A program made the position numbers and the translations under genes. DNA of 64,000 bases, from contig CM022679.1 of the NCBI GenBank assembly GCA_012295275.1, positions 28,644,001-28,708,000 on the forward strand, in the 5' to 3' direction. Of the stretch, positions 1 through 13,912 are shown in pieces. Below the pieces are notes generated by a model, which made no database searches, was not told the origin of the DNA, and was given only the letters and a program-made list of their open reading frames with translations. The stretch comes from Chrysomallon squamiferum (Eukaryota; Animalia; Mollusca). Numbering within the stretch: position 1 is the stretch's first letter; every line of letters starts with the position of its first letter.

Positions 1-84
1 AGTACTGGCCAAGAAGTATTGTTTCTGTTCACGTCAAGGCGTTGAAGTACTGTTTCTACGTACTGTAACACGAACGTATAGATA

Positions 85-395
85 CAAATGTATTGTTTTT
101 CTCTGTAGTGTATTGATACAAATGTTTTGTTTTTACTCACTGTAACGTATTGGTACAAATGTATTGTTTTTACTCACTGTAACGTATTGGTACAAATGTA
201 TTGTTTTTACTCACTGTAACGTATTGGTACAAATGTATTGTTTTTACTCACTGTAACGTATTGGTACAAATGTATTGTTTTTACTCACTGTAACGTATTG
301 GTACAAATGTATTGTTTTTACTCACTATAATGTATTGGCACAAACGTATTGTTTTTATTCACTATAACCTTTGAGTACAAAGCTATTGTTTTTAC
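85..395. repeat. 37-bp intronic minisatellite, about 7 copies
   Basis: Unit tactcactgtaacgtattggtacaaatgtattgtttt recurs at 37-nt spacing (e.g. 171, 208). Confidence 0.9.
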
Positions 396-399
396 TTAC

Positions 400-491
400 T
401 ATTTTATTTTGATTCCAACCTTCCATTATATACTGTTTTGGTGCGTAATATCCTTCATAATTGATGTGAGTAAAAATGGATGCCTTTTCCC
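400..491 (-). CDS. MAN2B1: GH38 alpha-mannosidase exon 6 (gene continues beyond window start)
   Basis: tatag|GG..ATA|gtaagt, 92 nt. GEKASIFTHINYEGYYAPKQYIMEGWNQNKI resembles the LFTG..GY.PP block; phase-consistent. Confidence 0.8.
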
Positions 492-796
492 CTATAATAA
501 TAATAATATAATAATAATAAACGAGACAGTAATACAGACAGACAGACAGACAGACAGAGAGATAGATAGATAAATCAAATCATTTGGATATTCATAAGAT
601 TCTAAATGAAACATAAACTATCATATACAGTTACCTAGTGTTGTACAAATACAAAAACACGAGAAGTGAACCTATATGTCTGACACAATCCAAACACGGA
701 TACACACAGACACAGCGCACAGACAGACACGCAGAAACAGGACACATTAAGTTAACGTACAATGCCCCGTTAACAAGACGATTTATGAAGACAAAC

Positions 797-905
797 CTAA
801 ATTGCGCGGACTGCTGTTCCAAATATGTTCCATTGTTTGTAATTGTTTACGTATCTTTCTCATTTCGTTGCTGATTCTACCCAAGAATATTGCGTCAAAA
901 CCCAT
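797..905 (-). CDS. MAN2B1: GH38 alpha-mannosidase exon 5
   Basis: ttcag|ATG..G|gtttgt, 109 nt. MGFDAIFLGRISNEMRKIRKQLQTMEHIWNSSPRNL matches MGFDGxFFGRxDY..MExVW; phases agree with neighbouring exons. Confidence 0.9.
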
Positions 906-1054
906 CTGAAAGGATAGCAGTATGACGTATTAACACAGTTATTATTTTATTTCTAACGTTTGAAAGATCTGACATCTAGACGAGGTCACCTAGAAGACTG
1001 TAGTTCATAAAATACCTGACAACAGCTTTTGAGTCGCCTTTAAACTACTGCTGT

Positions 1055-1870
1055 CCCAGTACTTTTATTATTGCAACGTCTACTGCTACTACTATCACAG
1101 TACTTTTATTATTACGTCTACTGCTACTACTATCACAGTACTTTTATTATTGCAACGTCTACTGCTACTACTATCACAGTACTTTTATTATTGCAACGTC
1201 TACTGCTACTACTATCACAGTACTTTTATTATTGCAACGTCTACTGCTACTACTATCACAGTACTTTTATTATTACGTCTACTGCTACTGCTATCACAGT
1301 ACTTTTATTATTACACTGATACTGCTATCACAGTTTTTTTATTATTACAACGTCTACTGCTACTACTGCTACTGCTATCACAGTACTTTTATTATTACAA
1401 CGTCTACTGCTACTACTATCACAGTACTTTTATTATTACGTCTACTGCTACTACTATCACAGTACTTTTATTATTGCAACGTCTACTGCTACTACTATCA
1501 CAGTACTTTTATTATTGCAACGTCTACTGCTACTACTATCACAGTACTTTTATTATTGCAACGTCTACTGCTACTACTATCACAGTACTTTTATTATTGC
1601 AACGTCTACTGCTACTACTATCACAGTACTTTTATTATTGCAACGTCTACTGCTACTACTATCACAGTACTTTTATTATTACAACGTCTACTGCTACTAC
1701 TATCACAGTACTTTTATTATTGCAACGTCTACTGCTACTGCTATCACAGTACTTTTATTATTACGTCTACTGCTACTACTATCACAGTACTTTTATTATT
1801 ACAACGTCTACTGCTACTGCTACTACTATCACAGTACTTTTATTATTACGTCTACTGCTACTACTGCAGT
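1055..1870. repeat. 38-41-bp intronic minisatellite, about 20 copies, followed by TAC/TTA-rich low complexity
   Basis: Unit tcacagtacttttattattgcaacgtctactgctactacta; this explains the spurious plus-strand ORFs at 1071-2093. Confidence 0.95.
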
Positions 1871-2177
1871 TACTACTACTGTTATTATTACAAAGTCTAC
1901 TACTACTACTTTTGTTATTATCATAGTTACTAACACAACTACTTTTCAATTACTACAACAAAGACTATTATTAGTACAACTTCTGACACTACTACTAGTA
2001 ATATTACTACTACTAAGACTACTACTATTACTGCTGCTACAACTACTACTACAATACCATTACTATTACTACAAATGCTGTTATTACTGGTAAAAATGTT
2101 ACTGTAACTGTTGATACTGATACTATTACTATTACTATTCTTGCTAGTACTGCAGTGAAAAGCAACACAACTCGTAC

Positions 2178-2371
2178 TTGGGCGAACAGTGACGAATGTT
2201 CCCGAGAATGTCCGAACTGATCCACGTGCCAGCCGATTTTAGACTGGGCGCATTTCCCGAAGTGTTGGTTGATGAACTCGAAGCCAAGCGTATGTTGGTC
2301 AATGATGTCGTTGTAGTACGTCGTCGCCGAATCACTTAAACACCAACCTCCTGTCACAAATTCCAGTCTTC
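2178..2371 (-). CDS. MAN2B1: GH38 alpha-mannosidase exon 4 (contains the catalytic nucleophile Asp)
   Basis: ttag| ... CAA|gtacga, 194 nt. RLEFVTGGWCLSDSATTYYNDIIDQHTLGFEFINQHFGKCAQSKIGWHVDQFGHSREHSSLFAQ matches the GGW and GWHIDPFGHS motifs. Confidence 0.95.
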
Positions 2372-2386
2372 CTAAAGAAAAAGTAA

Positions 2387-2417
<31 letters not shown>

Positions 2418-2619
2418 GATGTATCAAATATTACTGACTATTATATACATACACTAAATGCAGTACAGGATTTAGACTTGCTGATGACGTAAGCTCAGTG
2501 AAGCGTGGAGGAATGTTGTTAAAAAAATTAACAATTACAATAATATTACAGCAGCAGTAAGTTGCGGAAATGACTTTTAACACCTAGTAACACGCTAAGA
2601 AAGGCTTTTTTGTTTTTGT

Positions 2620-2778
2620 TTTTGTTGTTACTGATGTTGTTGTTGTTGTTACTGATGTTGTTGCTTTTGTTGTTACTGATGTTGTTTTTGTTGTTACTGA
2701 TGTTGTTTTTGTTGTTACTGATGTTTTGTTTTTGTTGTTACTGATGTTTTGTTTTTGTTGTTACTGATGTTGTTGTTT
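2620..2778. repeat. 22-24-bp tandem repeat (ttactgatgttgtttttgttg)
   Basis: About 7 directly visible copies. Confidence 0.8.
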
Positions 2779-3489
2779 CGGTAAGTATAAGAAGAAGTGT
2801 TAAACTATCTTTGATCTACCACAGTTGAGGACAATCTTTACAATTTCTAGTTAAGAAGATCACGTAAAAAACAACAACAGATCTACAAACTACTGCTAGT
2901 CGAATGTATAAAGAATCAAGGCATCACAAAGAAAACTACGCTACGCCATATCAGCTACAGTGAATCCTCTTTATAACATCCCCTGGAACACAGCTTTCCC
3001 TGTTTGTCTTCCCCGAAAATACATCCGCACCGACTGTTTGTATTTTAATATACATAGATTTATCTCATTATTCCTTCTTCAGGTTTTCTCCATCCGCTAA
3101 CGCAAACAGAATTATTTTTACCGATAAACCTGATTTTATCTATGATCATCAAATGAATTAAATTTTAACAACTTCAAACAAACAAACAAATAAATAAATA
3201 AATAGTGTATACAAAGCTGTGACAAATATAACTAAATCAGAAACATTATTCGAATTTTTTTGGTTGACATAAAATAAAATTATTAAACAACTCAGGTCAT
3301 CTTTATGGGGGGGGGGTTAGAAAAAATATAAATCCGCCTGCATTTTTGAAACACGTTCATTCATCTGAATACTGACAGCTTAGTTTCTAGTTATGCTGTA
3401 AACGTATATGTCATCACATGAATATACATAGATGTCATTGTATATGTACATATATATCAGTAATACGTCGCATTGCACGCGCCCACTCA

Positions 3490-3547
<58 letters not shown>

Positions 3548-3832
3548 GAAATTATTATGACATTTACTATTATATAGCGGAATAATATGTATCAGATGGT
3601 TCTAGAATGTCAGTCAAATTGAGTTTTGTAAGTTTTTCTTTTACAGAGCTTCAACGTCAAGTCAAAATACAAACCTTACCAACAACATCAAAAAGAGTAC
3701 CGAAAACAATAACCACTATACAAAACAACAACAACAACAACATGCACGACTAACACAAATAACTACTAAATAACAACGATACGGGAACGACAAACAGCAA
3801 CAACATCTACGTTAAAACAAACGTTGACTCAC

Positions 3833-4009
3833 TTTCTCTAATTAGTTTCGTGATGTCGGCTTTTCTTAAGGAGCTGCTTTCGTTCCAGTATCGGGAGAAA
3901 AAAGCCATTTCACTGAAGATGAAACGCCTCTCAGGATGATCCATTAACTCGGGTATCACCGAGTCCAAAATACACTTGACACACTCCTCTCCGTAGTAGA
4001 ACGACTCCT
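3833..4009 (-). CDS. MAN2B1: GH38 alpha-mannosidase exon 3
   Basis: ttcag| ... A|gtgagt, 177 nt. EESFYYGEECVKCILDSVIPELMDHPERRFIFSEMAFFSRYWNESSSLRKADITKLIRE matches the ILDSV..RRFIYVEIAFFSRWW block. Confidence 0.93.
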
Positions 4010-4125
4010 CTGAAGTGAACGTTTTAAACACGTTAGTAACATTACTCTCTGTTCATAGATCTGTGTTATAGGAATTGTCTTTAATACTGTACTTCTTTCA
4101 ACTCCACTGCATACCAATGATAATG

Positions 4126-4182
<57 letters not shown>

Positions 4183-4213
4183 GTAATAATAAAATAATAA
4201 CAATAACAACAAC

Positions 4214-4257
<44 letters not shown>

Positions 4258-4346
4258 TAACAATAATAATAATAATAATAAAATTTAAAAAAAAAGGAAA
4301 AAAAAAGGAAAGGAAGTAATAAAACAAGAAAAATGAAATTTCTTAC

Positions 4347-4467
4347 CATCCCCAGTTTTAATTTGTCCTGTGTAATACTGGTCTGGAGTTTTCAGCCAGC
4401 CTACGTCCAGGTGACTGTGAGCTACGAGGTGCACGTTGAGCATGTCGTCTTTCACTGGGTTACACCT
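4347..4467 (-). CDS. MAN2B1: GH38 alpha-mannosidase exon 2
   Basis: ag|AGG..G|gtaaga, 121 nt. [40 protein letters not shown] contains the GH38 Zn-binding H-x-D-x-G-W motif. Confidence 0.93.
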
Positions 4468-5157
4468 CTAAACAAGAAAATGTCGTTAGTAAAAATCGAC
4501 TAGTGTGTTATCTCATTTTTTATTATTGTTACAGATATGTTTCAGATGCTTGTTGTTTACATAATGAAACATACATATATACATATTAAACGTATATATA
4601 TACACACACACACACACACAAAGAACATAAATTACTATAATTCTCAGATATATGAATAATCTATCAAATGTTTTATTTTTAAAAAATATACGTGTTTGTT
4701 AATCCTGATTTTATTTGACTGATTCATGGTAAACGTGCCAGCCATTCTGAACGAATACAGTTCAACATGGCTCTGAAACTTAAATAACAAAACAAAAACA
4801 TTCTTACGGAGGGATTTCCAGATCCTATTGACCCCCACCCCCACCCTCCGTCATAACCCTGGCCTCACTGACCTTAGCGTACCCCAAGTTCCTAAACGTC
4901 TTTTACATAACTGATACATTTAGCTGTGTCTTGCATTCAGTGTTTCAAAGTACTGTTCACAAGGAAAGTCAAAATTTTAGCAAACACTCAACATACTGGA
5001 TTTGATCCCAGATTCCTTCTGTCGTGCTAATTTAAGTACACTGTTGTAGTGTTAGTATTTGTATTTAACTGTAATTACACTTTAACTGTAATTGTCAAAA
5101 CACCTGTAATTAACAAAACACCTGTAATTATCAAAACACCTGTAATGAAAAATGTAC

Positions 5158-5316
5158 CTGGTTGTTGCATGTTCCCCACGACTGACTGTCGCCGTCTTCG
5201 ACGGCGCTGTTTCGTGGCAGTCGACGATATCGTAGCAGACTGAACAGCTGAGTCGCTATCTGCAGCAGCACCACGAAGAGGATGAGGTAAAGCCAACGTC
5301 GTATGTGACAGCGCAT
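5158..5316 (-). CDS. MAN2B1: GH38 alpha-mannosidase (MAN2B1-like), first coding exon
   Basis: ATG at 5316 gives MRCHIRRWLYLILFVVLLQIATQLFSLLRYRRLPRNSAVEDGDSQSWGTCNNQ and ends at CAG|gtacat (phase 0). Joins in frame to RCNPVKDD of the next exon, matching the C-x4-C start of lysosomal alpha-mannosidases. An upstream acceptor (ttgcag|, exon start 5326) implies a 5' UTR exon. Confidence 0.75.
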
Positions 5317-5372
5317 TCTTGAAAGACTGCAACTCAAATTTTATATTTAGCGAAAAATAATAAATAAATACA

Positions 5373-5415
<43 letters not shown>

Positions 5416-5453
5416 ACGAAAGAAATAATTAACAAAAAAGAAAAAAAAGTAAA

Positions 5454-5562
<109 letters not shown>

Positions 5563-6133
5563 GAATTTTACTTACATCACACTAAAGTAAGCTTTCAAAG
5601 TACTGGAAGAATTCACAAGCAAAAACTCTGTAATTACAAGTAGAAATATTTTAAATATTTAATAAAATCAAAATTCACTGGGTATTAAATTTAAGCTATT
5701 AATTTATTTACTTTTGTTATTGAGTTCTGTTTAAAATTATAAATAAATAAATACTGGTAAGCCTTTGCTACTTCTAAAAAATTAAATTACACTACTGTTA
5801 CCTCCTGTAGTTAAAAACTGAGTGAAACGAGAGAATGAAACAAAAATATCTGACCGGATTCATCGTTATTACGTTTATAAACATTAATGACATTCAAACA
5901 CAGATGTTTCTGACTGATTTTAAAACTACCACATTTACGATTTTTATCTAAATATTTAAATATATATATATTAAATGAAACAAAACAAAATAAATGAAAT
6001 GAAAGAAATAAAGTGGTTTTTTTATTAACATGGTTGTAATGATCTTCATGTATTTTATTTTATCGAGTGACAAATAAATTATTCCTTTTTACTAGTCGTC
6101 AGTTTGAATTGCAGTGCTGTCTGCTTTGAATTT

Positions 6134-6187
<54 letters not shown>

Positions 6188-7285
6188 CTAAAACGTGTTA
6201 TAAAATAATTTTAATATTTCATACAGTATAGGTCAGTTGAGATCTAAATTGTAGATTTAACTCATTTAGCAGGAAACACAGACCTCGGTTAATTGTGAAA
6301 ATAAAATACTAAATTTTGAAAGCAGATTTAACGTTCATTATCATCACTGTCAGTTTGCTGGGAAACATACAGGGCAGAGCACGAGCGACAAAGAGAGTCA
6401 GTACTAGCTTCTACGTGAAATGTCAGACACTTAATTAACAAATGACAAAAAATTCAACGTTGTTGTTGTTGTTGTTGTTACTGTTATTATTATCATCATC
6501 ATTACTTTTTTTATTGTTCCTTCTGAAAGAGGCAGATTAATTTTTGAACGTATGTATGAATATATGTGATAACAGTAATAATAATAACAAAAACAGTAAC
6601 AATAACAATAACAATAACAACAATAATAATAATATTAATAATAATAACAATAATAATAGTAATAACAGTAACAATAATAACAATAAATAAATAAATATTA
6701 ATGTTAATTAATACACGAATAAACGAATGAATCAGAAAATAAACAATCTTCTACAGGCGCACTGAAACAGACTGATTAAAGGAGACAAAGATAATTAATT
6801 CCCTTAGTCCTGTGGTCGAAGTACATCCCCAGAAGAGCCGCAAACGACCGTTGTTGTGTATCAGCGTAACTGCATAACGTGCAGCACGCGAAAATCTCAT
6901 AATATGCCAATGTTTTCATTATTGACGATTGTCATGCACTTTGCTGTCGCGCAAACTATCACTGACTGGTTTCTATGAATAATAAGCAAAGTCTTGTTTT
7001 GTCCGCTAATAGAATATTTGGATTTGGGTTTCCAGCTTAGAGCTCAGTGAAATAGATTTCTCTGTGTTTATTATGCATGGCTGCTTTGCACTGGGGAACA
7101 ATAATTGCTGATGAGTGGTGGCAACATGGGGGAAACAAAAAAAAATTAAAAAATAAAAACAATAAAAAAGAAACAGTGCGCAAAAATAGTACAATGTGAA
7201 ATTCTACATGTGTTTGAAAGTTACGTATTCATGGCCAGATTTCAGCAACAAGATGAAAATGAATAAAAAAAAAAAAAAAAATAAA

Positions 7286-7340
<55 letters not shown>

Positions 7341-8129
7341 TTTTATCGACAGCAGGTTCTGAATTACCAAATGTTTTAATGTAAAGTAATTATTTTGTGA
7401 GTTATCAAACGTTTTAATGCAAATGAGTTATATTGAGAACTATCAAATGTTTTAATGTCAGTATGTTATTATTTGAATTATTAAAGGTTGTAATGTAAAT
7501 TAATTATTTTGTGCACTGTCCAATATTTCAGTGTGAATGTGTTATACTGTGACCTATCAAAATTATTATTTTGTGGACTATCAAATGTTTCACTGTAAGT
7601 ATGCCACAAGTACGTTCATTTTTATTTTTCATTGACCTTTACGTTAATAGCACAATCATCCTTTATTTAAAAATGTGTGTTTCAGTCTGTGAGAACGTAA
7701 TTACATAAAATAACAGCATAACGGTAGTTGTGTATTAACGTGCAGAAATTCACACACACACATTTTAACAAACAGCAGACACTCACGCACGTGCTTGCAC
7801 ACACACCTACCTCTCAACACTGAGACGGCTAAAAGGTTTAGTAGTCACTCGATGGAAGATATTCTCGACAATAACAAAAAATAAATAAACATTCTCTACT
7901 CAGTACTAAACTATGAACGAACGATTACATTTCATAAGAGAAAAAAGTGTTTTCGTTTAATATATACAGAATAAATAAAAAAAATAATAAAACATAAATA
8001 AATCAAATGAAAATGGCACATAGTAACAGCTGTTTCTGAGTTAACTGAAAAGAAACTCTTCTGAAATCAATTCAAATATCAGCAGACAAAATTATAACAT
8101 TACCATGTCAATAACATTATAACGAAGCA

Positions 8130-8495
8130 TGTATTAACATAGGTAACAGTAAAATGTTACTGTGACAGTAACATGATAACAAGGTACTTATTAACATACG
8201 TAACAGGAACATGTTACTGTGACAGTAACATGATAACAAAGTAGTTATTAACAGACGTAACAGGAAAATGTTACTGTGTCAATAACATGATAGCAAAGTA
8301 CTTCTTAACAGACATAACAGTAAGATCTTACTGTGACAGTAACATGATAACAAAGCACTTATTAACAGACGTAACAGTAAGATCTTACTGTGTCAGTAAC
8401 ATGATAACAAAGCACTTATTAACAGACGTAACAGTAAGATCTTACTGTGACAGTAACATGATAACAAGGTACTTATTAACAGAAAAACTGTGACA
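8130..8495. repeat. 57-bp minisatellite, about 6 copies
   Basis: Unit ttactgtgacagtaacatgataacaaagcacttattaacagacgtaacagtaagatc. Confidence 0.9.
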
Positions 8496-9149
8496 GTCAG
8501 ACAATATGTATGAGCAGATATATCAGTAAACAAGAACGTAGATGAATAAAACATCAGTTGATGAGGCGCGTGTTATTCAAATCTGTTTGATGTCTAACAG
8601 CAAAAATGTCAGCTCCACGCTACGAAAATAGTGTACACCGGGAACATGACAAGTTTAGGTGAAGATATATATATGTGCAGAAGAAAGTATGAAATTTAGT
8701 ATATGTGTATTTTAAGGAATGCTGGCACAAAATTTGAATTATTTGGAAAATGTTTTATCATAATTAGAAAATTTTGTCAATACTGTGTTTTAAATTTTAG
8801 CATCAAATACGTTTTCTTTATTACAACTGATGTTAATTAACTGTTGTGAAAATCGTTTAATCTGTCTGATTTTAGTCTCTACGATAGTGTGGAAATGAAA
8901 GTTTTGTTTCTCATTCCTCTGTGAAAATATATAACGTTTGTTGGTATTTAAGGATATTTATCTGTTTTATCAGTGTGAATTATTGCTATAGACAGATGAT
9001 AATAAGCAACATGAAATATAAAAGAGTAAACAAAAATAGAAGAACAAAAATAATAAGAGTAAAAATGTAAGTGGAGAAAGTGAACAGAAAGTAAGCAGTA
9101 GCCAAGCTGGTCAAGAAGTCGCCATGCCAAGATGTCAAATACATAGAAC

Positions 9150-11812
9150 AACGAGCTTGGATGTTCGTCTACACCATTTTATCAGTCAACACCAACTCAA
9201 CAGTCTCAGCAGTCACAGTATGGACAATGTGGACAGCACTATGGAGCTCATGGTCAATATTCTGGTTTAATTTGCACAATGAAGATGTGCAATCAAGATC
9301 TCAGTATAAAAATCAAATACTTTGACTAGGAAGTCAGATATGATGTGCGATAAATTGGAAAAATTGGACATAATCGAGAAACGATTGAATAACACGGAAT
9401 TAACTGTACAAGATGTAAGCTATAAAATGATGGATATTAGGAAAAAAGTTACAAAATATAGAAACGGACATGAATTACATTAACGAACAAACAAATAATA
9501 ATAATTAAAAAAATGATCTCGGAGATTTGAAATCTGCTTGTCAGATATGAGCAGTGTTATCCGTCAAATGGTAGATGATAATAACAGTATTTAAACAACA
9601 ATTGTGTTATTTAAAAACTGAGTCTGGAAACGTGAGAGAAAAACACAAAGACCTACAAACTTGCTTCATGCGTGACAATTCAATGTTTAGTGGTATACAA
9701 GAGAAAAACGAGGAAGACACAGAAGTGGAGATGAAAACGTTAAAAATAATACTCACTTTCAATGGAGGAAGTTTGACGGATATATAAGGCTTTTGTTGCT
9801 AAATTTGTTTTATATAAAAACACAGAGCAGCTGAAAACACTAATACGTGGTTAATTAACAACTCCCGAAATAAATTAATAATATGAGTAAATTACTGTAT
9901 CCACACTACAAATCAGCAGAAAGGCAAAGTAAATGGTGATACGTTGTATATGGAGGGAAGACTGTTTACTCTGGAATAGGAGGGGACAGAGGCAAGTAAC
10001 ATACACACACACCAACTCAGCCAGCAGAGATAACAGCAACACAAGCCAAACTCACACAGAGCAAAGTCAAGACAGTCAATACAATAAGATAACAGAGTCT
10101 TACTAATCAAAAACACCGCTGAGCAAATGTCAGTAAACTCTCTCATTTGTAAAATGACCCCAGAACAAAGGTCATAAATAAGTAAGCCCTAAAGTTTCAA
10201 AAATAAAAGAGATTAAATTTAGTAAGCTCAGATATCCTATATTTCTTCAAACCGTCAATAATGCGTGTGTTAATGACGTTGTGCCTATCACGTGACAGCA
10301 ACAGACCAATTACACGCTCAAAAACAAGAAAGCATTAACGATATTTTGAAAAAAAAACTTTTTCAGCCGTGGAGATATCTAGAGCAGTGAACAGACTCCA
10401 CTGTGGTCTATCAGCTGGAGAAAACTTTATTATTAAGCTATATATTATGTTACCTTTATATGTGTTATTGTTTAATGTTATTCTTGACTCAGTAATTATA
10501 CTGTCCAGTTGCTTAATGGGACTGGTTAAACCAATTTATAAAAAAAAATGGTGCTCGAAAACCCTGACAATTATAGACCTATTACATTATTAAGCTGTTT
10601 AGGTAAATTATTTACATCTGTACTTAATTCTAGATTAAATAAGTATGCAGATGAAACAAACCTGATTTTAGAAAATTAAGCTGGAATTCGGTACAATTAT
10701 ACCACGAAAGACCTAATATTTTCTTTATACTCTTTACTTATTTTAGAACAAATGTAAAAAGAAATTGTGTTGTGCTTTAATAGATTTTGAGAAAGTTTTT
10801 GATAGATTCTGGAGAACTGGATTAAGGAATAAGTATTCTACTATATGCTGACAATGCAGTACTGTTAGCCGTTCAGCACAGTCTTAACATTTTGATAGAT
10901 TCTGGAGAACTGGATTAAGGAATAAGTATTCTACTATACGCTGACAATGCAGTACTGTTAGCCGTTCAGCACAGTCTTAACATTTTGATAGATTCTGGAG
11001 AACTGGATTAAGGAATAAGTATTCTACTATACGCTGACAATGCAGTACTGTTAGCCGTTTCAGCACAGTCTTAACATGTTTGCCAATTACTGCCGACTAT
11101 GGAGATTTAACGTTAATACAAATAAAACCAAAATAATGGTTTTCAGCAAAAGGAGAAAACTTCATGATTATATATTTATTGATATTGACAGAGTGGATAA
11201 CTATAAATATTTGGGCAAGAAACGGTCTATTCACTTAAAACGTAAAACAACTGTATAACAAAGAAATGAAAGTTATGTATAGCCTGACAGCTAAAATTCG
11301 TCAGAATAATCTCTCCATCAACTGTATACTTGATTTATTTCACAAATTAATACAACCAATTTCATTGTATGATTCTGAAATATGGAGTTTTACTAATAGA
11401 AAGATTCTATATGAAATTACGTAAATATTTATTAAATTTTAATAAATGTACGCCTCGTTTTATGATCTATTGTGAACTAGGACCCTTTGTATTTCTATGA
11501 AAGCAAGAATGATAACCTTTTAGGTGAACCTAATTTGCAAAAATCAAAACAAGATTTCCTCGCAACTGTATTACAAAAAGGTATACCAGATAAATACATG
11601 AGACATCCAAATACATTTCAGACAATAATTTGTTTAAGAGTAAAAATATGTTTATATTAAGAAAGTTATGTTTAAGAACTATATGTGAGAGAGTATGTCC
11701 TGCACGTTAAACTGACAAGCATGTTTAATTTGTTATTTTATATCTGTAACGCATTCTTCTGTCTACTGTAATCCTACACTTTATGAGAATAAAGGCCTTG
11801 TCATTGTCATTG
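9150..11812 (+). mobile_element. Degenerate non-LTR retrotransposon (LINE) with ORF1 and reverse-transcriptase remnants
   Basis: ORF1-like fragments MRDNSMFSGIQEKNEEDTE and KGKVNGDTLYMEGRLF. RT fragments PIYKK..PDNYRPITLLSCLGKLFTSVLNSRL, LIDFEKVFD.FWRTGL, LLYADNAVLL, WRFNVNTNKTKIMVF and YKYLG. Many stops and frameshifts. The 3' end has aataaa followed by short (ttgtca) repeats. Confidence 0.88.
10797..11075 (+). repeat. 93-bp unit x3 inside the LINE RT
   Basis: gatagattctgg starts at 10801, 10894 and 10987. Confidence 0.92.
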
Positions 11813-13848
11813 ATAAAAAAACAGAAATAAAAAACGTGGTAAGGTGCTTATGTACTAAATAGGATTAGGCGTGATTATGTAAGCTGAATGAGGTAATAAT
11901 GAATTTCCATTGAATACAATGTGAATAGAAATACTATTTATAAGTTACCACAAACAGTGATATTTTCCCCAACATTTTAAGTGTTTTTGTTTGTTTTTTT
12001 AATCTCGAATTCGATTCCCAGTTCCAGCACTTCATTATAGATTTAGACTTTTATATCTATCTATCTATCTTTCCCAATTCATCCGACTACACTTCAGTTG
12101 TCAGTTTACACCAACAAGATCAATGAACCTCCTACGTTTATAGCAACACAGGTCCCTTATGATTACCTCACTGAAAATCTGCATTCACAAAGTTCATATA
12201 AATTTAATAACGTTAGTTACACGTGTTGATGTTTCACGTACAGTAACACGTTACTGAACAGCCGTCGTCAGTTTGTTATAATATAAAATATGAATGTGAA
12301 GTCAAGTTAAATACACAGAGTCAGCGCACCGTGAAAACCATGGTAATCAGCATTAGAGTTCAGTATGTCCACCCAGCTTTTTAGTTGTTGAGATGCTGCT
12401 TCATGCACACAAGTGAAAGGTAAATGAAGAAATGGCTGTCTTCATCTCTTTGTATTTTAATAGTTTTAAAAAGAACAAAAAAAAAAAAATAAAAAAAAAT
12501 CAGTGAACAGATGATTTATTGAGAGATTGAATAGAGGATGATAAAGGTTGGAAATAGGTTAGACTAAAGGTAACAACTGAAATGTAAGTGAAATGATAGA
12601 CGTGATGATTGTGATATTATTTCTGAGCACAGTTTTGTTGAAACGTGAACTGTCGTGTAATTTGTGTTGTCAAATGAAGATTGCTTCCTGTGTTAATACT
12701 TTTCTTATGCTCGGATCTCTCCTATGATGATGGAGTATTACATGTGTGTTTCAAAAGCAGAATGAGGAAACTGTTGAGGATATATGTATCTATCTGTCTA
12801 TCTATCTATCTATATTATCATCATCATCATCATCATCGTCATTATTTTCCCCATCAGCTTAGATAAACAACTATAATTTAGAACTAGAAAAAGTGACTGG
12901 ATTATTTGCTTATTGATAAATCTCGATTCAGCAGTTTAAAATTTTCATTTGCTTAATTTCATACTTTTTGCGAGATATGCACATTTTTGTTTCACCTATC
13001 CAGCCTGTTAACTTTACAACAACAACAACAACAACAACAACAATAATAACAATAATAATAAATATTTAAGTTTGAAATTAGAAAAATTCCTTTTTATTGT
13101 ATAATCACATAATTTGTTTACTGATATATCTTTTATTTATTTTTTTGAAAAAAGAAAGAAAAACGAAAGAAAGAAAAATGAAACCAAGAAAGAAATAAAA
13201 TATAAAAAAGAAAGAGAATTTTATGAAATAAAAACTATATCATAAAATAGCACAAACACATTTATAATCCAACTGATAACTCGACAAAAAATTTGAAAAC
13301 TGAACAGAAAGTAGTAGAATAAACAAAACAGCTGTCACACGCATAGCACTATGAAAGCACATTATTATTATTTTTATTATTATTATTATTATTATTTCGA
13401 TTTACCTTGTTTCACTAATTTCAGCTTTCATCTGCTTAGTTCTCAGTGAAATTTACTTCATAAATTCAATTATTTTATGTCAGGAAATGTTCCCTCCCCC
13501 TTTCCGTTCTAATGACGTCATACAATGTTGTTCGTCTGCTCTACACAGCATCATTTGTCTGGATTTGTGACATGAGGTTGACGTGACTGATGTTCCAGAT
13601 TTTATTTGATATTTTTAACACGTGTATATGGTAATTAACAACATTTTTAAAAATATTTTTTTTTTTTTTTTTTTTTTTTTTTATATTGTTTATTTATGTT
13701 GTATTGCTGTTGTTGTTATTTAATTATTTATTTAACTTTTTATTATTGTTGTTTGTATATTCGTTCAGACGAAGTAAAGATTTAAAATTTCTCAAGCTTT
13801 CAGTCTGGTAAAGATATATTAACCTGTTTTAGCTTAAACATTTTTTTG

Positions 13849-13912
<64 letters not shown>

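Noticed and set aside
1071-2093. Long plus-strand ORFs (up to 258 aa)
   Set aside because: Translation of a 38-41-bp minisatellite inside a mannosidase intron.
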